64,000 nt of DNA from NCBI RefSeq assembly GCF_000315625.1, contig NW_005434636.1, positions 393,298 to 457,297 on the forward strand, given 5' to 3'. The notes under the pieces were generated by a model that worked only from the letters and a program-made list of their open reading frames with translations, ran no database searches and was not told the origin of the DNA. Shown piece after piece: positions 61,151-64,000 of the stretch. A program made the translations under genes and the position numbers. The DNA comes from Guillardia theta CCMP2712. Lineage: Eukaryota; Protista; Cryptophyta. Within the stretch, counting starts at the first letter, position 1; every line of letters starts with the position of its first letter.

Positions 61151-62310
61151 CATTGCTGGAGGGAAAATCTTACAGGGTAAGGAGAACGAGCGCGATCCTG
61201 AACGGACTTTTACCGTCATGGATCAACTGCTCCTATCAGGTGCTTGTAAGTTCGTGCATAAGATGCTCGAAGCTCGGAGGTTTGCTTCCCTAACTTTGGA
61301 CAAGCCTTGACCATAACAAGTTTTTGGAACCTGTCCTGCCTTATGAGCATCCCTGAGCCTTAGCTGATACAGTACATGACTGACCTCCACTGACAAGGAG
61401 AAAGATTCTTTATGTTCCTGGACGTTGGTCGTTCATCCCTCAATCTGATTCAAACTTTCAAGGCGCAATGGTCCATGGCCGACAGCTTCCTCGTCATGGA
61501 TTGTCAGCAGATCCAGTTTCCAGTTCATTTCCGTCAGGTTAAAACCAACCATCACCGACCTAGGAGGCGGAGAGATGTCCTCCGTAGCGCACTTTCATTG
61601 AGTGTGGTGCTTTTGGTATTTGTAAAGGATGAAGTCGGCATTGCTTCGTAAAATGCTCTACTTCCCATGCCATTGCTTCTACCCCTCCTTCCCCACTTCT
61701 TTCTCCTCCGCGAGCAAGAACAAGTACGGAAGTCTTCATTGTCCATTCCATAGCTCACAAGGGAATCCCCCTCCCCCCCGTTCCTCGTCCTCCTCCCCCC
61801 TCATTGACCCCCGCGCTCCCAGCATCGGGGAGTTAATTGACTAAAACTCGTAGCGTACGAGAAGACGCATCGGCGACAGAGCACGAGGGGAGACGAGAGG
61901 GGAGGGAGGGAGAGGAGGGAGGGAAGTGAAGGGAGGAAGGCGGAGAGAGGAGAGATGAGAGAGGGAGGAGGGGAGGGAGAGTAGGAAGGGAGGAGAGGAA
62001 GGAAGAAAAATGGAGTCGAATGGAGGCCAAGGCGGTGAAGGAGGGGAGGAACGAGGGAAACGGTTCTATTTTTGTGACGGAGGAAGCGGAAGTGGTTGGG
62101 ATGTACGGAGAGGAGAAGAGGAGTCTATGAAGCAATGTTGATGAAAAAGAAAGAAGCGGAATTTGTTGGGGATGAGGACGGGGTGGAGACATCGGGATAA
62201 TGACGGGTACATGATCACAGGGTCGCCGACCAAAGGCCACGGTGAAAGTGGTTTACAGGCCAGCCTTATACTTGTTCCTCCTGTCTCATACTTGCATTCT
62301 TGGTTGCAAT

Positions 62311-64000
62311 ATGAAGTCGTCGGCTCAGTTGTCTCGATTGGCCGAAAGCAGTATAGGGATCACGGAGTACATCTCTGAAACGCCGGGAATCAAGGGCTCG
62401 ATGAAGTACCGGTTCTCCGACTTTATCGTGCGAGAGGTCGCCATGGACAAGACGGTCGTGTGCTTGACGGATATGTCGGGCAAGCTGGAAGGAGCGCCGG
62501 CGCAGGAGGTGGCAGAGGAAGGAGTTGATGGGTTCGAAAAGCTGGAATCTTTGGTCGGTAAGGAGGTGGCAGCCCGTGTAAAGACCTTGGTAGAGCAAGA
62601 TGAGGTGGACGGAGCAGCTGAGATTGTCCTGGAGGCAGACGCTGACAAGGCCCATCGGACGGCCGTGCATACTTGTATCAAACAGCACTTTCCTAAGCTG
62701 ACCACAGACACCGTCAAGGTTGGGAGTGACCAGAAAACTGCCGTGCGGATTTTTTCCAAGGTTGACAACTCGAAAGGAAGGCCTAACAAGCGACAGCGGA
62801 GAGAGGCAATCTTTCAGGGCGCCAAGCGTGATGCCAAATTCATCAAATTTGTGCTGTACAAAGAGAACCTGGACACGATGGCTGCTGTGTCGATCATTTC
62901 GAAGATGGTGAAGACGAAAGGCGGTACCTTCTCGTATGCTGGCACCAAGGACAGGCGAGCTTGCACCACACAGCTTGTGTCTGCGCATCGAGTTGACCCT
63001 TTCGTGCTGACGGACCTCAACAAGAGACTCCGAAACATCTGCATTGGAAATCTTTCTGTCTGTGAACAAACTCTTAAGCTTGGTCAGCTGTACGGGAATC
63101 GATTCCAGATCATTCTCCGCGATGTTCAAGCCAGTGAAGGCTCAATAGAAGCGCTCTGCAATTCTCTTAAGGAAAAAGGCTTCATCAACTACTTTGGGAA
63201 GCAAAGGTTTGGGACAAGTTCTATCCCCACATACTCGATTGGAAGGGAGATCTTGCATGAGGACTGGGAAAAAGCTGCTGACTTGATCCTGTGCCCACGA
63301 GACGGGGAGAAAGAAGAGTCAAAGACAGCAAGAGAGAAGTTCAAGGAACATAAGGATCCCGCAAAGGCCCTCGAAGAATTCCCCAGGTGGATGTTTGCTG
63401 AGAGGACGTTGTTGGACGTGTACAAGAAGCGAGGGATGAACTCTCATCTCAACGCTCTCCAGGCTCTGCCAAGAAACCTGCGATTGATGTACATTCACTC
63501 TTACCAGAGCTACATCTGGAACAAGATGGTCAGCGAGAGGCTCCGGATGTACGGCAAGGACAGGCCAGTGGAAGGCGATCTCGTGCTGGAGAGCAAAGAC
63601 GTGGAAAGCGAGAGCTTGTTCGACTTGGAGGGGGTGGACGAGTCGACTCTGAGCGGTGCGAATGCCTCGGAGGAGCAGGAGAGCGATCATGACAAATGGA
63701 CCAAGAGTCATCCCAAGAAGGTGCGACGACGGCTCGACTTAGCGACGACAGACTAATGTCTGCCCAGGTCAAGGTACTTGCAGCGAGCGATGTGGACAAA
63801 TACTCCATCTTCGACGTCGTGCTGCCCCTCCCCGGGGTATCGATCTCGTACCCTACGAACGAGATAGGCAAGAAGGTCGACAAACGGCTCTCGGCCGCCC
63901 CCTCTGCCTCTGACGCCTCCCCTTGCAGTACGAAGAAGCCCTCAAGGCCGATGGCCTGGACATCAACAATCTCGCCAACAAGAACAAGGAGTTCACACTC
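62311..64000 (+). CDS. PUS7: tRNA/multisubstrate pseudouridine synthase TruD/PUS7 (truncated by window end)
   Basis: G.MKYRFSDFIVRE, FVLYKENLDT, YAGTKDRRACTTQ (catalytic Asp), LGQLYGNRFQI.LR, GFINYFG.QRFG, MYIHSYQSYIWN. Confidence 0.95.

Noticed and set aside
61010-61850. Short ORFs between asnB and PUS7
   Set aside because: No recognisable motif or consistent exon chain; a small gene cannot be excluded.
1-64000. CRISPR arrays, tRNA/rRNA genes, transposase or RT genes
   Set aside because: None recognised by eye; tRNAscan and Rfam were not run.

Overview
Compact, intron-rich eukaryotic nuclear DNA with GT-AG introns of about 45-56 nt, very short intergenic spacers and two N-gaps. The style resembles a cryptophyte alga such as Guillardia theta (inference). 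About 16 genes lie mostly in alternating divergent/convergent pairs: a multi-domain glycosyltransferase, coiled-coil and EF-hand proteins, a 10-exon microbial rhodopsin invisible in the ORF track, a TPR/GT41 transferase, a TPR-C2 protein, a ~2700-aa LRR protein, a MIB/HERC2-like coiled-coil protein, an intron-fragmented DNA topoisomerase II, an NHL/Cys-rich surface protein, a secreted repeat protein, eRF3, a repeat/ARM protein, asparagine synthetase B and PUS7. Three observations stand out. (1) Two genes have a signal peptide plus a leader ending in a ubiquitin-tail-like L[RK]GG placed exactly before the expected mature N-terminus; in asparagine synthetase the next residue is the catalytic Cys1, implying obligatory GG-specific processing. 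(2) The rhodopsin keeps the Schiff-base Lys but lacks both retinal-sandwiching Trp residues. (3) GGGGTA/TACCCC and CCGG/AACTT motif clusters mark 5'/divergent intergenic regions. All exon structures were inferred by hand and need RNA confirmation.
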